Positions 60,914-64,000 of a stretch of DNA of 64,000 bases are shown in pieces. The stretch is from Bugula neritina (lineage: Eukaryota > Animalia > Bryozoa), in assembly GCA_964035545.1 (NCBI GenBank), contig OZ037772.1:10538818-10602817 (forward strand). Direction: 5' to 3'. A program made the position numbers and the translations under genes. The notes under the pieces were generated by a model. That model ran no database searches, was not told where the DNA came from, and saw only the letters and a list, made by a program, of their open reading frames with translations. The first letter of the stretch is position 1; every line of letters starts with the position of its first letter.

Positions 60914-61233
60914 TAATATATATAATATATATAATATATAAATTAGCTATATAGTTTACTATGGTCACGTATTGATTTATTTTGTAAATTTATTCATCAT
61001 TTCAAACCAAAGGCTATATAGAAGTGTCAAATCATCTAGCTAACTGCTAGCTGACATCTAGCTATATATAGGAATTGGTTTCATAGCAACACTAAGCACA
61101 ATGAATATAATGTATAAGCAGGTAAACCATTGGCAGCGGCTGTCAATCTACCTGACAAATCTTCAGTCTCGGGCAGGTATCTTTGCGGAGACTCGGCATC
61201 CCTAAAACCCCACGGTTCTTCGTCTGACTCCAT
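56279..61233 (-). CDS. Multi-C2H2 zinc-finger protein (~1056 aa, ~10 fingers in clusters of 2+2+6)
   Basis: Exons 61233-61152 (MESDEEPWGFRDAE...), 60046-59933 (YICDACLFITDDFMEFITHKNEH...FTC), 59253-56279. Fingers such as ERPYSCKVCPYRAKKYYNLQVHIRSHTG and ERPFKCPHCPFSAKRKAGLNKHLPVH. Total 3171 nt, open frame. Confidence 0.88.
60826..60940. repeat. (TA)n / (TATATAA)n microsatellite in a zinc-finger gene intron
   Basis: Seen directly. Confidence 0.9.
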
Positions 61234-64000
61234 CTTGTTTCCTTGAAGCTGCAAAGTATGTCATGGTACATGTTGACTTATAGACACTGTATATGCAAAC
61301 AAGTCTGTATGTACAAAATATCTTCAAGTTATATACAAAATTATTCATGTTTTTCACAGCAATAGAGGAACTCTTTAAAACCAAAATACTAAAGAGAAAA
61401 TCCTATAATGCTAAACTGAAATAATAAAAAAATCTCCTATATTTAAATAGTTTATATGTTATGTTGTATGAATCATTTAATTCTTAAGAGTCTATATTCT
61501 TAATTCTGCTTCAAATTAAAACTAGCAGTTTTTAATGCATGGGTGAAAAGACATAGCTTTTAAGTAAAAAGTATATAAACAGAAAATATGCATTTCACAA
61601 TAAATATGCTTCATTATGTTGAAACCATGCTTCATATAAATAGAAATTATAGCGCACAGGCATAGTTTTATTGAGTTTAAAACCATAAAACAACAGCTTC
61701 ATGTTTACAGTCTAGCTCGCTTTAAAAATCTTTTAAAAATAAATATATTTTAAATAAGTTGAATTGGAGTGTCCAAGACTTTGGTGCTAATATAAAAAAA
61801 ATGTGGAAGCTGATACTGGCAAGAGTAGACAATTTCTAGAAATAAGCTCTGCAACGACAACTGAGAGTTGCCCTCTCCTGAGAACGGAGACAAATGTAAA
61901 TAAACATAAAATATTTGAATGATAGCAAATTGCTTTTTGGTATCCATATTATAGTATTGCTTTAATACTTTTGACATACCTTCCGTAAATGACAAAATTT
62001 TTCAAAAACTTTTAGTTTGTAAAGTATAAAATTCTCAAGGTCAGTTGAGTTTAAAAAACTAACCGCTGAGTCTATACTAAGCCTAAATCAAAATCTTAGT
62101 TATAGAGTTTTATTTGAATTTACTTATTTTAATTTAAACTTATATTCATGTCAGAGTTATTACAATGCTGTAAAAACAAAGAAACTTCAATCACTGTTGG
62201 TGTGCAGAAACTTTTACTATGTGATACTAAATTATTACCAACTTTTAACCTAGGCTAACCACTGGCGTAGTAAATTAATGCAAATAATGTTGAAGTGCTC
62301 AATACTTTGATGACTGTTAGTCACACCAGCTTTTATCTCTGTTTTTATTACTCTTCAAATTATTGCCACACCACACAAAGGAGTCGGCATTGACACAAGC
62401 TTATAGCAATGAATAGTTCGATGAAAAGATACATTTATTGGGTTGCAACGAACCACAGACTTGCATACATAAAACCCTGCCACTGCAACTGTTAACTTTA
62501 CAGTCAGAATAGAAAATAATTATGCAGAAGTCTTAAAGTTTTCAAGCTTATCAGATAGCCTAGTATAAAGAGCTATACAGCCTACTCTGAGCAACTTTGA
62601 AGATTGCAAATCTCACGATCTACAAGTTTTATCATTGAGAGAATTTATAACCAGTACTTTTCGTCGGAATCCTGTTCAAAAGCAGTAAAATAAACTAAAG
62701 CTATTTGAGTAACTTTAATAGAGACAAGCTTTTCATAAAGTGTTTTCTGATGTTAGTTAACTATACAGTATATGCATGTCTGTTTGTATTTAAAAGAGCT
62801 ACACGTACAAATATATATCATCTTTAATTATATGCACGTGTCGGTTAGTTTTCACCTTTGACCTTGACCTAATTTAAAAAAGGGAAGGAGCCAGTGACTA
62901 CACTTTCGTGTATCTTGAATTATAATTTCATTGGAAAAGAAGTTGTCTTATCTTTGTAATTTATGCATTTTGAGCTTGCATTGCGCTGTTCCTAACTCAT
63001 AGGTTGATTATTAAGGAACAGAACCCAAACACCCACAACGAAAATAATATATAACTTCGAATAACAAGTTTTCAAAGAACTGCAATAAAGTCATTCACAA
63101 TATTTACCCCCCCCCCCTCTATTCCCAAAATGCTTATTAATGTTATTAAACAAATACAAAAATTTATTTTCCATAAGATTTGTCAGTTGCTTCATGGTTA
63201 GCACATGGTGGTGAAATGTAAACAAAGTTGCTGCCAAGCAAAGTGATAAGTCAGCTGACTATATAGCATCACACTTCAAACTTTATCAAATGCAGAGTAC
63301 TTAGGAGTAATAGATTTATCGCTACCCTTCACTTTTCAGTCAGTAATGTGACCATATTGCTATAACCACTGGGTTTTACGTATATTGGCCAAGACTAGCC
63401 AAAGCTTTTGGCTAAAATTTTGCTTAAGCCATACTAATAAAACATATAGTTTGGGCTGCGAAATAATTATTACCATATGTAACTATAGTATAGTAAAACT
63501 GAGTCACAAAGCCATGCAAACCACAATTTCTATCCAGTATTTCAAAGTATCTATGGGTGGCTGCCAAAATTACTTTTAGCAAAATTTAAAAAACAATGTT
63601 TTTCTGTGAGAACTACTAAGTTGTGCTAGTAGAATAAATAGAAACCACTTTGGTTATTTCTCTTCACTTTTTGTGTTGGGCTTTGAAAAGCATGTAATGT
63701 TGCCTTTGTTCAAACCAAAACCCATTAGTTGTTTTACTAATCAACTGAGATTAACAAAAGGCTAAGTTGTATCAATGCACAGCAACCCATTCCACTCTTT
63801 CACTTTAGCTGTTTACTTTGAATACACACAAACGTAGATAACAAAAGCGTGTTGTTTAAAATATGAGTAGTTGGAAAATCCCAAGTAAGCCGTATTTCGT
63901 CATAGGTTGAGAGCGCCCAAGTAGCTAGTCTTGTCAATGCTACGTTTTTAGTAGACTGTATAGAATGCTTGACCTATTAGTATTGTTTGCCAGTGTTCAG

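Noticed and set aside
61300-64000. Further genes at the right end of the window
   Set aside because: Only short AT-rich ORFs with no supportable exon chain. The region may contain the 5' UTR exon or promoter of the minus-strand zinc-finger gene.

Overview
AT-rich, intron-containing eukaryotic (most likely invertebrate animal) DNA; no prokaryotic features. Bases 1-50k hold a tandem cluster of six paralogous + strand genes (one cut by the window edge) that the ORF track mostly misses because they are spliced. Each encodes a type I single-pass membrane protein: signal peptide exon, ectodomain, one TM exon and four small cytoplasmic exons rich in SH2-type tyrosine motifs (YxN, YxxM, SxYxxV/I, YxxL). 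The ectodomain is CUB-CUB plus a short S/T stalk in gene 1, but a pure Pro/Thr/Ala mucin repeat with gene-specific periods (7, 5, 7, 6 aa) in genes 2-5. Genes 2-5 also carry a duplicated, possibly alternative, last exon. The cluster is mosaic and contains many mobile elements: an intact Penelope-like (Naiad-type) retroelement with an inverted partial copy and hammerhead ribozymes, a 3.7 kb TIR DNA element, MITEs, solo LTRs and two tRNA-derived repeat families. Bases 51k-61k hold two convergent, paralogous C2H2 zinc-finger genes. All exon structures were derived by hand from GT-AG sites, phase consistency and paralog alignment, with no transcript or database evidence.
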